Positions 24,031-37,712 of a stretch of 64,000 nucleotides of DNA are shown here, one piece after another (the stretch's first letter is position 1; the number at the start of each line of letters is the position of its first letter). Source of the stretch: Octopus sinensis. Lineage: Eukaryota. The translations under genes were made by a program, and so were the position numbers. Below the pieces are notes generated by a model. That model did not search any database. It had not been told where the DNA came from and saw nothing but the letters and a program-made list of their open reading frames with translations. The DNA is taken from assembly GCF_006345805.1 (NCBI RefSeq), contig NC_043018.1:26164001-26228000 (forward strand), read 5' to 3'.

Positions 24031-24418
24031 ATGTGTGTGTGTGTGTGTGTGTGCGCGATTGTGTTTCTTTGTCTTGACATCATGTAATAGTTGTAAATGA
24101 GTGCCACTGTCATACAAGCAGTCTTTTATTTTTGCAATATTCTGTGAGAAAATATCTGGTTATAGAGAAATATTGATTGGCATAGAAAAAAGTGAGGGTT
24201 GGCAAGAGGAAAGGCATCCAGCCATAAAACAAATCTGTGTCAATAAACTTCACCTCCCCATGCCAGCATGGAGAACTGAGCATTAAAATGATGATGGGCA
24301 ACGATGACATACTTTAGAAGTTACAATGTTTGTTTAAAGTCTTCTTCATTGAAAATGGTAGGGTGCAATTTGAAGGAAATTTTACTGCTATTTATAGAAG
24401 GAGATCAACTGTTTAGAG

Positions 24419-24754
24419 CAGGGGTTTTCAACCAATTTTTACCTATGGACCCCTTCGATTACTATTTTATTCTGGTGGACCCCCATAGCCATTCAATGTT
24501 TAAAAACTAGTTTTATAGAAACTTCTTTCCAAATTCCTATTTTGTTTTTCACACATTAATTTGTAAAACAGAGAAAGAAACTGAACTGTTCCTTGCAGTA
24601 CACACCAACAAAAAAATCTAAAGCAAAATTTTTTCAGGGGCCCTCAAAATACTATTGTGGGTCTCCAGTTTACTCTTTTGCTGTGTGGACCCCACAAAAA
24701 TCTTATATGAACGCTCAGGGGCCATGTGGAGTGGACCCTGGTTGAGAACCACTG
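24419..24754. mobile_element. hAT (Charlie-type) MITE
   Basis: TIRs CAGGGGTTTTCAACC and GGTTGAGAACCACTG. The 8 bp TSD GTTTAGAG lies at 24411-24418 and, beyond a later SINE insertion, at 25071-25078. Confidence 0.8.
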
Positions 24755-24758
24755 GTTT

Positions 24759-25062
24759 GTGGATGCATATGGCCTAGTGGTTAGAGCAGTGGACTTGTGG
24801 TCGAGGGATCGCACGTTCGAATCTCAGACTGGGCGATGTGTGTGTTTATGAGTGAAACACCTAAGCTCCACGCAGCTCTGGCAGAAAGTAATGGCGAACT
24901 TCTGCTGACTCTTTCACCACAGCTTTCTCTCACTCTTTCCTCCTGCATCTTGCAGCTCACCTGCGACAGATCGGTGTCCTGTCCAGGTGGGGGACCTATA
25001 CGCCAAGGAACCAGGAAACTGGCCCTTATGAACCAGGCATAGCTTGAGAAAGAACAAACAAC
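24759..25062 (+). mobile_element. tRNA-derived SINE (family C related) with 12 bp TSD
   Basis: A box TGGCCTAGTGG, B box GTTCGAATC, and AACCACTGGTTT duplicated at 24747-24758 and 25063-25074. Confidence 0.85.
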
Positions 25063-25831
25063 AACCACTGGTTTAGAGTCTCTCTTCTTAGCTTGTTGAT
25101 CTCAATGTTTAACCTGAGGTCAGCTACAGACAGGTGTTAATTATTGGCTGTAGATGAATTATAAACTGACACAAGTATGTCAGAAAACGCTTTAGATTCA
25201 CTGGATCCTTACCAGAGACATCATTTTCATGTAGCATAGTGGTTAAGTGTAAATCATCTTGTCAAAATTCGTCTCTTTGGTAAATGCTGAGCTCAGCACT
25301 ATACGTGAGTGTAACACTTGTCAACTGTCAAGTTTTCTGCTTCTTACACCACTCTGAAACAATAGATAAAGATTTTACAATGCGTTCCTGGTTTGAAAGT
25401 GGCAACACCTTAACCCTTTAATGCCTATTGTTAATAATTCTTACTCTGCTTCAAATGTTCCTCTCTTCTGAGAAGACAACAGAGAAAATTGGGAGCTTGG
25501 AGGTAGTTCTAAGAATTATTTACATTTGAATGGCGATATTTGCATGCATGTAATTATAATATCTGGTGGTTGTTGCAGAATTACTGGCACTTGAATAATT
25601 CATACACACGTGTGCATACACACATGCACTTATACATGCACACACATGTATGTATAGGTGTGTATAAATAAGCATACAAATACATATATATACATGTGTA
25701 TATATGTACACACATATATATACATGTATGTGTATATGTATGTATGTATATATATATATACACACATGCATATATATACATTTATATTTATGTGTATATA
25801 TAAATATATATACATGTATATGAGTGTATAT

Positions 25832-25869
<38 letters not shown>

Positions 25870-28713
25870 TTGTGTGTATGTGTATAAATATGTATATATA
25901 TTTATGCATGTTTGTGTGAGCTTGTGGAAAGAAAATTTAAAATTTTTACATCAAACATACTTCATGCTCTTAAACAAGCAGCAAAAATTCAATAAATTAT
26001 TTTATCCCCCTGCCTTTTACATAAACGTTGTGAGAGTTAAGACTATAATTTTCTTTTCTATATAGCGTGGCCATCGCCAATGACCTATGTTTCCTTTTTG
26101 GATCTAGAATTTTAGCAAAATTTATGGAAATTCGCTTCGATGACGATTATGGCTTCTTGGCGTTAATTTTTAATTCCGAGATTATTGATATTGTTGTCGT
26201 AGAGACTGAAAGTATTGAGGTGACTCACTTTTAATTGAAATCCTTTAATTAATACTGAGTATATTAACCTTGGCATCAAAATTGCTTAAATTTGCCTTCT
26301 CTTGTCCTACAACAACAACAAAGACCAGCACAACAACAACAACAACAGCCATGTTGCTGCATCATTTTTAATTTATTTGTCTCTCAATTATGAATTATTT
26401 TTATCATATAAACCAGAGTAGATTTAGCTGGGGTTGGGTTCAAGGTCAGAGGTTAACTTGGCATCATGTCCTTTAAAACTTAGAAAGGTATGGCATTCAT
26501 CTCTATTTCTGCAGAATGCTACCTAACCGAAAGAAATTCGTCTCAGCAACGACAGAAAATTGAAGACTCTTTTGAAATGTAATTTTTAATAGTCTTTGGA
26601 TGAGTAAGTTTGGTTATTAAATACTTCATGAACAATATCTTAGATTGGAAGACATCGTTCTTATGGTCTAGTTAAAGAAATTCTATTGGTTCCATTAGGA
26701 AGTTCTGATAGCAATAAATAATGGTTTATTATAGAATAAATGGAATAAAAAAAAATATTTTCTCAAAATAGCTTGTTCATTAATTTCTTTTATTTATCTT
26801 TATCGGACCTAATTAATGTTCTTTTCATCCAACACTAGCAATATTTACTAAAATCCCTTCTTTTTGATGCTTTTATTATTTAATATTATTGATCTGATCT
26901 CGGTGGTAGTTTGACCGTTTGATTAAATAATATTTGTGTGGGTTTTTTTTTCTTTTCATTCTTATCATTCACAAATCTTTTAATAAAAACTAAACATAGT
27001 GTTATCTTTCTTTTATTTTTTTTCCCCTTAACAAGAACTTTTTTTCTTGTTAGATATTAAATCAATATATCTGTTTATTTCTTTATAATTTTGTTTTTAA
27101 ATCTACAGCAGATAACTTATACTTTGTAGTTATTTTACGGAATCTACAGAAACCAATTCTTGGAAAATAGTTTTATCAAAGGTTGAAGATCATTGTTTTG
27201 TTTTTCTTTTGTTAGATTATTCTTTTCTTTTTTTCATAATTAGAGATTAAAATATATTATTATTAAAATGTAATTATTATATATTTAAATTTGAGTTTTT
27301 GTGCTGTTTCTTCTATAGAAACGGCAGTATTCTTCGTTTGTTTTATTGAATAATTTTCAAAAATGACGAAGAAGCAAAAAGTCAAAATTTGTTTCGTTCC
27401 TAATGGGATTTCACTCAAAATTCAAGAAAATATTTGAAGTATGTTTAAAATGGTGAATAAACATATATAAGAAATGTTACTTTTGAATTCATTTCAGATA
27501 CATTGAAAATAATATCACTCTTAGGAGAATGGGGGAAAATGCTTTAAATTCCTCATAGAAAATTAAATGGAATTATAATTGATTCCAATCATTTATCAAA
27601 GTGTTTGTACAGTTTACTAATTTCTTTTTATATATTTAGTTTATAATTTTTTTGTCTATTTTTTTAGTTTTATTCCAAGTGTTTCAGCATTTAGAAAGTG
27701 TATTTTAGTCTTTTCTACAAAAAAAAAGAGAAAAGAACAACAACAACAAAAAAATCTCCTCAGATTTTATTGGTTTTAGGATGGTTTCCATTCAGTTCTT
27801 GACATGTTTGGTCACAAATCCATTTTTTTTAAACCATTTTTTTCTTTTTTCTTTTCTGATATCAATAATACAAGAGATGTATTTTTATTCAAGTTTTTGA
27901 ATACTGGACAAAAACTATCAAGTTTAGAAAACATTCTGCAAACAAAATATATTCTAAGTGCCTTTTAACACCTATCAACTTTCCTTTTTTTGTATGTGTG
28001 TGTGTCTGCGCTTGTGTGTGTGTGTGCCTTTCTTAAATCAGTTTGTCTTGTCTCTATGGTTTGTTTTGGTGTTTATTTCCATGTTAGGTATATTTTTTAA
28101 TGTTTTTTTTTCACTTCCTCATATTCATGAAATGCAGACGCTGAGAGCATTTTCTAATCTTTGGCGGGTTTTTTTTGTTCTTCATTAAGTTTATTCTCAT
28201 AAATTTTGTTGTTTTTCTTCTTAATTATTTCCATTCCGGTTGTAAATAAAATTTCTCATGCTTAGCTTCAAACTGAATAAATTTCGAAACTCTATGTCTT
28301 GGAAATTGAAAGGGAAGAACAACATAAAACGTATAAGTGTTCTTCTGTTTAATACGTTTATTTACTACTTCATATCTAACTCTTTTAAGAATTTGGAATT
28401 TACTTTTTTTCTTTCCTTTATTTGTTATACAGCTTCTTTAGACTCTGCAGCTCTTAATTCTGCAGAAAAATCCTAATATTTCTCCAGTATTTCAAAATAA
28501 TTGATGCTTCACACTTTGGAAAAATATATATTGGATTTTAAATACATTTTGAAAAATAAATTGCTTATAAAACTGCCAAGATTCCTATGACAGACATTAC
28601 AAATGCACAGAATGTTAATATATAATGGGTACTTTCGAGTGATCCTTGAATGTTTTACGCAGGTTTGTCTTTGTAGATATTTAAATAAAATTTTTATCTA
28701 GTTTCCTTTACAC

Positions 28714-28981
28714 ATGCATTCGCACACACACACAGTCTCTCTCACATGCTCTATATCTCGCACATTCTCTCTCTCACATGCACACTCTCTCTCTCACATG
28801 CACACACTCTCTCTCTCTCACACACACACACACACTCTCCTTCTCTCTCTCTCTCTCTCTCACACGCACACACACTCTCCTTTTCTCTCTCACTCTCTCA
28901 CACACACTCTCTTTCACACACACACATTCTCTCTCTCACATGCACACACTCTCTCTCTCACATGCTCTATCTCTCACACAT

Positions 28982-29017
<36 letters not shown>

Positions 29018-29139
29018 ACTCTCCTTCTCTCTCTCTCTCACACATGCGCACACACACTCTCCTTTTCTCTCTCACTCTCTCACACACACTCTCTTTCACA
29101 CACACACATTCTTTCTCACATGCTCTATCTCTCACACAT

Positions 29140-29179
<40 letters not shown>

Positions 29180-29250
29180 ACTCTCCTTCTCTCTCTCTCT
29201 CTCTCACACACATGCACTCTTTCTCTTTCTCCCCCCCCTCTCACTCTCTC
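28714..29250. repeat. Compound (CT)/(CA) microsatellite with higher-order repetition
   Basis: Visible directly. It is the source of the H/T/S/L-rich ORFs. Confidence 0.9.
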
Positions 29251-29564
29251 TGTTTATGTATCATGCCTACAGGTATTAGCAATCATAGATCTTCATACCA
29301 AAGTCTGATGTCTCATAATCTTTCCCACAAAAAATGCACCAGTGTTTTCTTTTATTCCTTGCCTTCTGCTGGTTTATTTACAGTTTATTCTATTTTTCTC
29401 CTGCTCTCTTGAGCTTACACTTGAGGTGTGGAACCTATCAAAACCCTTAGGCAGTGGGGACTGGTTCATGCAACATCAAGGCACATCCACACATCAATGA
29501 ACCTGTGTGTCGCTTCTGTAGGGGCCAACCCTTTTTGAGTCTTGTCTACCTTATCCACAATGCC

Positions 29565-29777
29565 TATTTCTTTGCTACCCACAAGGGGCCTAAACACAGA
29601 TAGGACAAACAAGGACAGACAAACGGATTAAGTCGATTATATCGACCCCAGTGCATAACTGGTATTTAGTTTATCGACCCCGAAAGGATGAAAGGCAAAG
29701 TCGACCTCGGCAGAATTTGAACTCAGAACGTACCGGCAGACGAAATACGGCTACGCATTTCGCCCAGCATGCTAACG
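29565..29777 (-). mobile_element. SINE family A
   Basis: Reverse complement of the unit at 537-776. Confidence 0.85.
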
Positions 29778-30409
29778 TCTCTGCTAGCTCGTCGCCTTCA
29801 AAAACCTTATCCACAATACCATCATCTGCTGTCTGACCCATTATCAGGGCCCTCAGCAGGTACTTTCACCCTAGGCCAGGACAGATTTGGGAGTAGTGGT
29901 GACAAAGGGGTCACTCGATGCTCCTCAAATCTCTTGAACTCCCAAGCTAAAGCATCACCACCAGATATAGTTTAATGTTTTGCCTGAAACATTTTTCTAG
30001 ATAATTAAACAAAATACACATAATGCTTTGTAATGTTATATATTTGTTTTGCAAGATTTTTGATGCAAAATCTTGTGTTGAAACAAATATTGTTGTATTT
30101 AGGAATGGTCATTTTGCCAGTTTAGCCAATAAAAACATACGCACTATATATTTGGTGTTACTTTGCTTCAGCGTTATTTACTTATTACATTAACTTTAAT
30201 CTTATTTCGGCCAGAGTTCTTTCGTCACACTTCTGTGACCTCATCAGTGGTCCTTTGCTTTCTTCTTTCTTATTTGTGAATCTCTCCTTACTAATGGTCA
30301 GCCATTTTGTATTGACCTTGGAATGTAGCAGTAGACGAAATACCGCTACGCATTTCTCCCGGTGTGCTAACAATTCTGCTAGCTCACCCCATAATAATAA
30401 TAACAGTAA

Positions 30410-30746
30410 TGGTGACCCCCTTTCGGTCAGACACTGACCATGGGTTTGCACCTAGAGAGTTACCCTCTCTGAGAGGTACAAGTCTGGGCAAGGTTGTTTT
30501 ATGGAAGACCAGCAGACGCCCATGCATACCGGCCTCCCCTCTCCACGTCACCGATGTTGTCCAAGGGAAAGGCAAGGGCCGATACAGCTTGGCACCTGTG
30601 ACGTCGCAACTCATTTCTACAGCTGAGTGAACTGGAGCAATGTGAAATAAAGTGTCTTGCTCAAGAACACAACATGCAGCCCGGTCCGGGATTCGAGCTC
30701 ACAACCTCACGATCGTAAGCTCGACGCTCTAACCACTGAGCCACGC
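30410..30746 (-). mobile_element. SINE family D
   Basis: Matches 36100-36422 and, in reverse, 63095-63410 (CTTGAGCAAGACACT ... GTTGCGACGTCAC). Confidence 0.75.
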
Positions 30747-30751
30747 TAACA

Positions 30752-30796
<45 letters not shown>

Positions 30797-31124
30797 CTTT
30801 GGTTCATTACCATACTTAGCCTGCTTTACCTCGGCATTCTTGAGAGAGGACATAGATCAGAATCTAGTGTTTTTAAAGCTATTTCTATATATTGTCAGAG
30901 TGTGTAACTATGAAGAATGTTTGTGAAGTTTGAGGCTAGGTAAAAATCTATGTAAGCAAGAAATTCCAAAGTAACCCAGTGTGAAGTAGAAGAAACATCA
31001 TGAGACCTTTGTCAGCTGCTCGCCAACTATCTATTTAAAGCTATATATGTCTATAGTGTGTGTGTGTGTATATATATATGTATATATATATGTATGTCTG
31101 TGGTATACCCACACTTAAAGTTTG

Positions 31125-31310
31125 TGTCTCCAGTCTGGAACCCCCATCTTGTCTAGAATATTGATCTACTGGAAGCTGTCCAGAAACACACAGCCAGACA
31201 AAACACCGAACATCAGTCACTTACCATATCTTGACACACTAAAGCTTTGATGTCTAGATGCTGACTTGGTACAATCCACAAGACTTTTCACATCTTTGGC
31301 TCTCTATTTT
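31125..31310 (+). mobile_element. Decayed CR1/L2-type LINE fragment
   Basis: Translates VWNPHLV*NIDLLEAVQKHTAR...SHLPY, like CR1 ORF2 VW.PH...ID.LE.VQ. Confidence 0.55.
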
Positions 31311-31342
31311 GAATTAAATATGTCTGCCACCTGTGAGGGCGG

Positions 31343-31939
31343 TGAGCTAACAGAGTTGTTTGCACACTGGATAAAATCCTTAGCGGCATTTCATCCATCT
31401 ATGGAGAACATAGGTTCTGAGTTCAAATTCCACTGAAGTTGACTTTACCTTTTATCTTTCTGGAGTTGTTAAAATAAGTACCAGCTGACCACTGGAATTC
31501 ATATAGTCAACTTACTCCCTCCCCTGAAATTGATGGTCTTGTGCCAAAATTTGAAACCGTTATTATTAAGGTGGTGAGCTGGCAGAATCATTAGCACGCT
31601 GGGTGAAATGCCTAGCAGTATTTCGTCTGCTGCTATGTTCTGAGTTCATAAGTACCAGTTACGCACTGGGGTTGATGTAATCAACTTAATCCCTTCCTCC
31701 AAATTTGAGGCCTTGTGCTTCCAGTAGAAAGAATTATTATTATTATTATTATTGAGGCAGTGAGCTGGCAGAATTGTTAGCACACAGGGCAAAATACTTA
31801 ACAGCATTTTGTCCATTTTTATATTCTGAGTTCAAATTTCACCAAGGTCAACTTTGCCTTTCATCCTTTTGAGGTCAGTTGAGTGCTGGGGGGCAATGTA
31901 AACCCTCAAACTTGCTGGCCTTGTGTCAAAATTTGAAAC

Positions 31940-31940
<1 letters not shown>
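31343..31940 (+). mobile_element. Cluster of three decayed family A SINEs separated by (TAT)n
   Basis: Heads GGCGGTGAGCT, GGTGGTGAGCTGG and GGCAGTGAGCTGG near 31343, 31570 and 31757. Confidence 0.7.
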
Positions 31941-31987
<47 letters not shown>

Positions 31988-32003
31988 TGTTATTATTATT
32001 ATT

Positions 32004-32452
32004 CTATGTTTGACTTTTGCTTTACATTTGCACAAGCTGGCTCCAAGTCTCACCCAGAGACCTCAAGAGACAACAGGTTGGAAGTTCATGTTGGTGTTAT
32101 GCCTAGAGTGCCATGTATTTGGTTTTATATTTAGTGTTGTACTAGTGAATGCTTAAAAAAACCATACGAAAATTTTGTTTGTCTTAAAACTCGAGATTAC
32201 ATAGAAAGTATTTTGCGTAGGATATGAGCAGTTCCCATGAGCACTATCTTTTGAATTTCTGCCATTTTTGGGTTTCCTGGTATCTGAGTTAGGTAGCAAT
32301 CAGCCTCTTTTGCTATCATTCCCAGGGCACCTATGACAACAGGTACTGTTTTAGTCTTCAGGTTCCACATTTTGCTGATTTCTATTTCCAGATCTTTATA
32401 TTTGCTCAGTTTCTGGTAGGTCTTGACAGATACGTTTATATTAGATACGTTT
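32004..32452 (-). mobile_element. 5'-truncated Dong/R4-clade LINE (restriction-like endonuclease C-terminus plus 3' UTR) in (TAA)n
   Basis: Open frame KTYQKLSKYKDLEIEISKMWNLKTKTVPVVIGALGMI...IQKIVLMGTAHILRKILSM* (stop at 32197-32199), with (TTA)n on both sides. Confidence 0.85.
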
Positions 32453-32471
32453 ATTATTATTATTATTATTA

Positions 32472-32509
<38 letters not shown>

Positions 32510-32862
32510 GGATATTAGCAGTAATGTTGTCCCAGTTACTAAATACTTTATAGATTTTAAACCAAATTAAATTGAGTTTTCTTTCCCTTTTTCTCTGTTG
32601 ATAATTTGTATTTGTAAAAAATGTTTGCGCATAGAATTCTTTTTTTTTTACATATATATAAATATATGCATATATGTACACATACATATATGCACACATA
32701 CATACACATCCCTACACAGATGCATGCGCACACACACACGTTTTGTGATGTTCAAGTCAGTTCATAACACCAATTTGTTGTTTTATGAATTGCAATCAAG
32801 CTTTAAAAAAATTATAAGAAAAGAAAAAAAAACAACACCAAAAACAAAAGAACTATTACTAG

Positions 32863-32896
<34 letters not shown>

Positions 32897-33099
32897 ACAC
32901 TCATTTTAATAGTTTCTTTTAATTCTGGGGAAATAACTAATTTCGTTGATTTCTTACCATATATTTTAGGGGTAACCTCCTAGAAAGTGCGCGTTTGGGG
33001 GTCTGTGGTGAATAAAAGCAGTCATCATCATCGTCCTCATCATCATCGTCCTCGTCATCATCATCACTATCGTTGCTGTTAATGTTATAATTATTATTC

Positions 33100-33126
33100 A
33101 TTTTGCTATTATTATCATCATCATTA

Positions 33127-33178
<52 letters not shown>

Positions 33179-33191
33179 TATTATTATGATC

Positions 33192-33241
<50 letters not shown>

Positions 33242-33440
33242 TATTATTATGATCAGTATTATTATTACTATTATTATTATCACTATTATTATTATTATCA
33301 TTATTATTATTATTATTATTATTATTTTATTATCATTATTATTATTATTATCATTATTATTATTATTATCATCATCATTATTATTATTATTATCATCATT
33401 ATTATTATCATTATTATTATCATTATTATTATTATTGTTG
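33100..33440. repeat. Long (ATT)/(ATC) trinucleotide array
   Basis: Visible directly. Confidence 0.95.
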
Positions 33441-33787
33441 TTGTTGTTGTTTTTTCTTTTCTGGATGCATAGACGTTTGGATGAATTTTTTTTCCCCTCA
33501 GTTCGATAATTGCCGAAAGGAACGCAGCAAAAGAATGTCAAACAACAAACATATTTTGCGAGATGCTGTTGCTGCTCATTGCTGTTGCTGTCGATGGCAA
33601 TGATGATGATGATGACAGTGGTTGCAACGATAGTTCTATGTATGTGTGCGTGCGTGCATGCCTCTCTGTGTGTGTGTGTGTTGGAGCAGAACGCACTTTT
33701 GTAATGTTTAATCCAAATTGTGTGTATTATTTGTTTTATGAAATGTCTAACATTGTTTTTCTTTCTCTTTCATGTTTTCTTACACAG

Positions 33788-33796
33788 GATATGAAG
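33788..33796 (+). CDS. unc-13: Candidate 9-nt unc-13 microexon (G-Y-E in phase 1)
   Basis: CTAAC branch point, long pyrimidine tract, and cag|GATATGAAG|gtaggc. Confidence 0.5.
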
Positions 33797-34113
33797 GTAG
33801 GCATCAATTTTGCCTTTAGTCAATGCTTTATGCTTTCATTATTGATATCTAGAGTGCTTAAGTAATTCATATGTATACATTTATACATACATATATGTAT
33901 GTATGTATGTATATATATATATATATATGTATGTATATAGATATGTATATAGATATGTATATATATAGATATATATGAATATATATGTATATGTGTATAT
34001 ATATATGTATATATGCATATGTGTATATATATATATGTATATATGTATATATATATATATATATTATATATATATATATGTATGTATATCTATCCTATAT
34101 ATATACACACACT

Positions 34114-34150
<37 letters not shown>

Positions 34151-36099
34151 GTGTATGTATGTGTATATATATATGTGTATATATGTGTATATATATATGT
34201 ATGTGTATATATATATATATATATACAAATACACATTCATATATGTATATACATTGCTAATACTTTGCATGTACCACATCCTTGCATTGTTGCTGTTTTT
34301 TTGTGTTTGTCTTCTGTTTTGGGATTTACTATATATATTTATTAAAATTATATATTTATAAATATATATATGCATATAAATATTTATTTATATGTGTGTG
34401 TATACATACTATGGAAATATATATATACTACATAAATGTATATATATATATATAGGCCTACATATATATATATGAAAGAGAGCGTGCTTATGACAACAAC
34501 TGCTGCTACAACTATAAATAATAAATGCACATAAAAATGCTAAGAAGCCAATATAGATTTTGGAATAGCTCTGCTATCTTAGGTGTAATTTTTCTGTTTC
34601 TTGGATTTTATTAAATGCATATTTAAACAAGCTATGAACTATCAGTTTGATGTACAGCGGAAGAAGGAATGAAGTGTTAAAGTATTGTTTATTGATTATC
34701 TTTGCTTCTCTTCCTCTCTTCCATCTTCTCTATCTGTTTTCCAAATACATACATACATACATACATACATACATACATACATACATACATACATACATAC
34801 ATACATACATACATACATACATGCATGCATGCATGCATGCATGCATGCGTACGTACGTACGTACGTACATACATACATACATACATATACACATACATAC
34901 ATACTTACATACACACATACATACATACTTACATACACACATACATACATACATGCATACATACATAGATGCATACATACATGCATACATACATATATGC
35001 ATGCATGCATATGTAAAATGTATGATTTTGTAAGAATGTGGGCATTTATGAATGTGTGTATGTATACTGTATGTACATATATTATGGGTGTAAATGTATG
35101 TGTGTGTGTATAAATATATATATACACACACATACATATATATATGTATATATATAAAATGTATGATTTTGTAAGAATGTGGGCATTTATGAATGTGTGT
35201 ATGTATACTGTATGTACATATATTATGGGTGTAAATGTATGTGTGTGTGTGTATATATACATATATATATATATACACACACATACATATATATATGTAT
35301 ATATATAAAATGTATGATTTTGTATGTGAGCATGTATGAATGTTTGTGTGTATGTATACTGTATGTACGCATACTTTGAGTGTATGGTTGTGTATGTATG
35401 TGAGTACGCATACTTTGAGTATATGAATGTATGGTTGTGTATGTATGTGAGCATGTATGAATGTTTGTGAGTATGTACACTATGTGTATAAATGTATATC
35501 TGTGTGCATTGTTTGTATATATAATGTGCACATACACACATATTTAGTGTGTGTCTCCTACCACTGATTAACAACCAGTGTCGGTCTGTTTACATCCCTA
35601 TAACTTGGCAAATTGGCAAAGAGGCTGACAGAACAAGGTTTCAGGCTTAAGCATTGGGCTTGATTCATTTGACTAAAACTCTCCACAGCAGTGCTCCAGC
35701 ATGACCACAGTCTAATGAGTAAAGCAATTAGAAACTACAAGCCAAAGTGTCCTCTCATATTGTGTCATAGGTACAAATGCTTGTGTCAGGCCAGTACCAG
35801 TCTTTCAATGTTTGTGCCTGTTTAATCACTTACAGAAAAACAAAAGCATGGTGGTTAGAGACTATTAAATACTGCATATTTCGAATTACATTATTCTTCT
35901 GTCATCTGCATGTAAATATAACTGTTGGTGCCAATATGGCTGTGTAGTAAGTAGCTTGCTTTCCAGCCACATGGTTCTGAGTTCAGTCCCACTGCGTGGC
36001 ACTTTAGGCAAGTGTCTTCTACTATAGCCTCGGGCCGACCAAAGACTTGTGAGTGGATTTGGCTGCAGGCTAATGACTAAAAGAAGTAAAAGATAGAGC

Positions 36100-36422
36100 G
36101 GTATCCCCCTCGGTCATGAATGACCATGAGATTGCACCTAGAAATTTACCCTCCTTGGCACAAGTCTGGGTAAGGTTGTTTATGGAAGACCAGCAATCAC
36201 CCATGCATACCAGCCTTTCCACACCACTGATGTTATCCAAGGGAAAGGCAAAGGCTGATTCAGTTTAGCACCAGTGACGTCGCAACTCATTTCTACATAC
36301 AAGTGAACTGGAGCAATGTGAAAAATAAAGCGTCTTGCTCAAGAACACAGCATGCATCTCGGTCCAGGAATCGAACTCGCTACCCCATGATTGTGAGCAC
36401 GATACGTTAACCACTGAGCCAA
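36100..36422 (-). mobile_element. SINE family D
   Basis: Matches 30410-30746. Confidence 0.75.
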
Positions 36423-36506
36423 GAACTTTCAAAAGATAAAAGATACATAATAGACATCATGCGCACATGCACACACACACGCACACACATATATATGTAT
36501 GTGTAA

Positions 36507-36546
<40 letters not shown>

Positions 36547-37037
36547 CTGAAAGGCTGTTGACTCATTTGCGATAGTGCTCACACTCTCTGATTGATTTTG
36601 TTTTTGTCCATCAGAGATGAATCACTGGACTCGCCAAGCATAGTTTCATGGGATTTCTTGTTTAGTCGTTGACAGCTCAGCCGTGTCCATATATTGAAGT
36701 ATTGTGGTTACTAGCATATGTGTGTGTGTATATGTATGTATATAGGTATGTATGTGTGCATATAGATATATATACACACACGCATGCACACACACACACA
36801 CACACACATATACATACACATACACACACAAACATACATGTATGTGTGTGTGTGTATATATACATATATATATATATATAGGATGTTATCCTTTAAATAT
36901 ATTTGAGAAATATCTCTCCATTTGAGTTAAATGTTTCTCATTTAATCTACAGTTTGTTATTTAGTACCTTATTTTAATTTGATTTTTCATTACTGAAGTA
37001 TATTTCAAAATTGTGAACATTATTATTATTATTATTA

Positions 37038-37092
<55 letters not shown>

Positions 37093-37384
37093 AGCTGAAT
37101 TGCAATTCAGCTTATATTTTTTACCAAATCTTTTGTGTAAGTTGATAAATTTGTCGACTTTGTTGTTTTAAGAGAGAAAGTTAGATCTCTTAATTTTGCT
37201 TAAATGTTATTGCAAACAACCCAACGCAAATGTGAATTCACAGTTTACACAAATGTTCTTATTGAGCACGAGCCAAATTCTTTAATTACTAAATCTGAAA
37301 ATGGGAGAAAGCAAGGTTTCAATGGCAATTTGCCTTCTTTTAAAATGTCCCTTAGTGTTTAGATTTAAACTTTCCAGCATCACC

Positions 37385-37712
37385 ATTTGAGCGTGATCGT
37401 TACCAATGTCGCCCACCATTCAATTGTGATCGTTACCAACGTCACTTCACTGGCACCTGTGCCGGTGGCATGTGTAAAAAGATTCGAGCGAGGTCGTTGC
37501 CAGTACCGCCTGACAGGACCCCGTGCTGGTAGCATGTAAAAAGCACCCACTACACTCTCGGAGTGGTTGGCGTTAGGAAGGGCATCCAGCTGAAGAAACT
37601 CTGCCAGATCAAGATTAGAGCTTGGTGCGGCCGCCTGGTTCGCCAACCCTCAGTCAAAATCGTCCAACCCATGCTAGCATGGAAAGCAGATGTTAAACGA
37701 TAATGATGATAA
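37385..37712 (+). mobile_element. RTE 3' UTR fragment with (GAT)n tail
   Basis: GTGCCGGTGGCATGTAAAAA motif, GGAGTGGTTGGCGTTAGGAAGGGCATCC and tail. Confidence 0.85.

Noticed and set aside
26203-26211. Another 9 nt AG...GT segment (ETE)
   Set aside because: Weak donor (AAA|GTATTG) and short tract. Such segments are expected by chance in AT-rich DNA.
37095-37136. 42 nt frame-preserving segment with a GTAAGT donor (AELQFSLYFLPNLL)
   Set aside because: The acceptor tract is just an (ATT)n microsatellite, and the hydrophobic peptide does not fit the surrounding linker. Not excluded, but unsupported.
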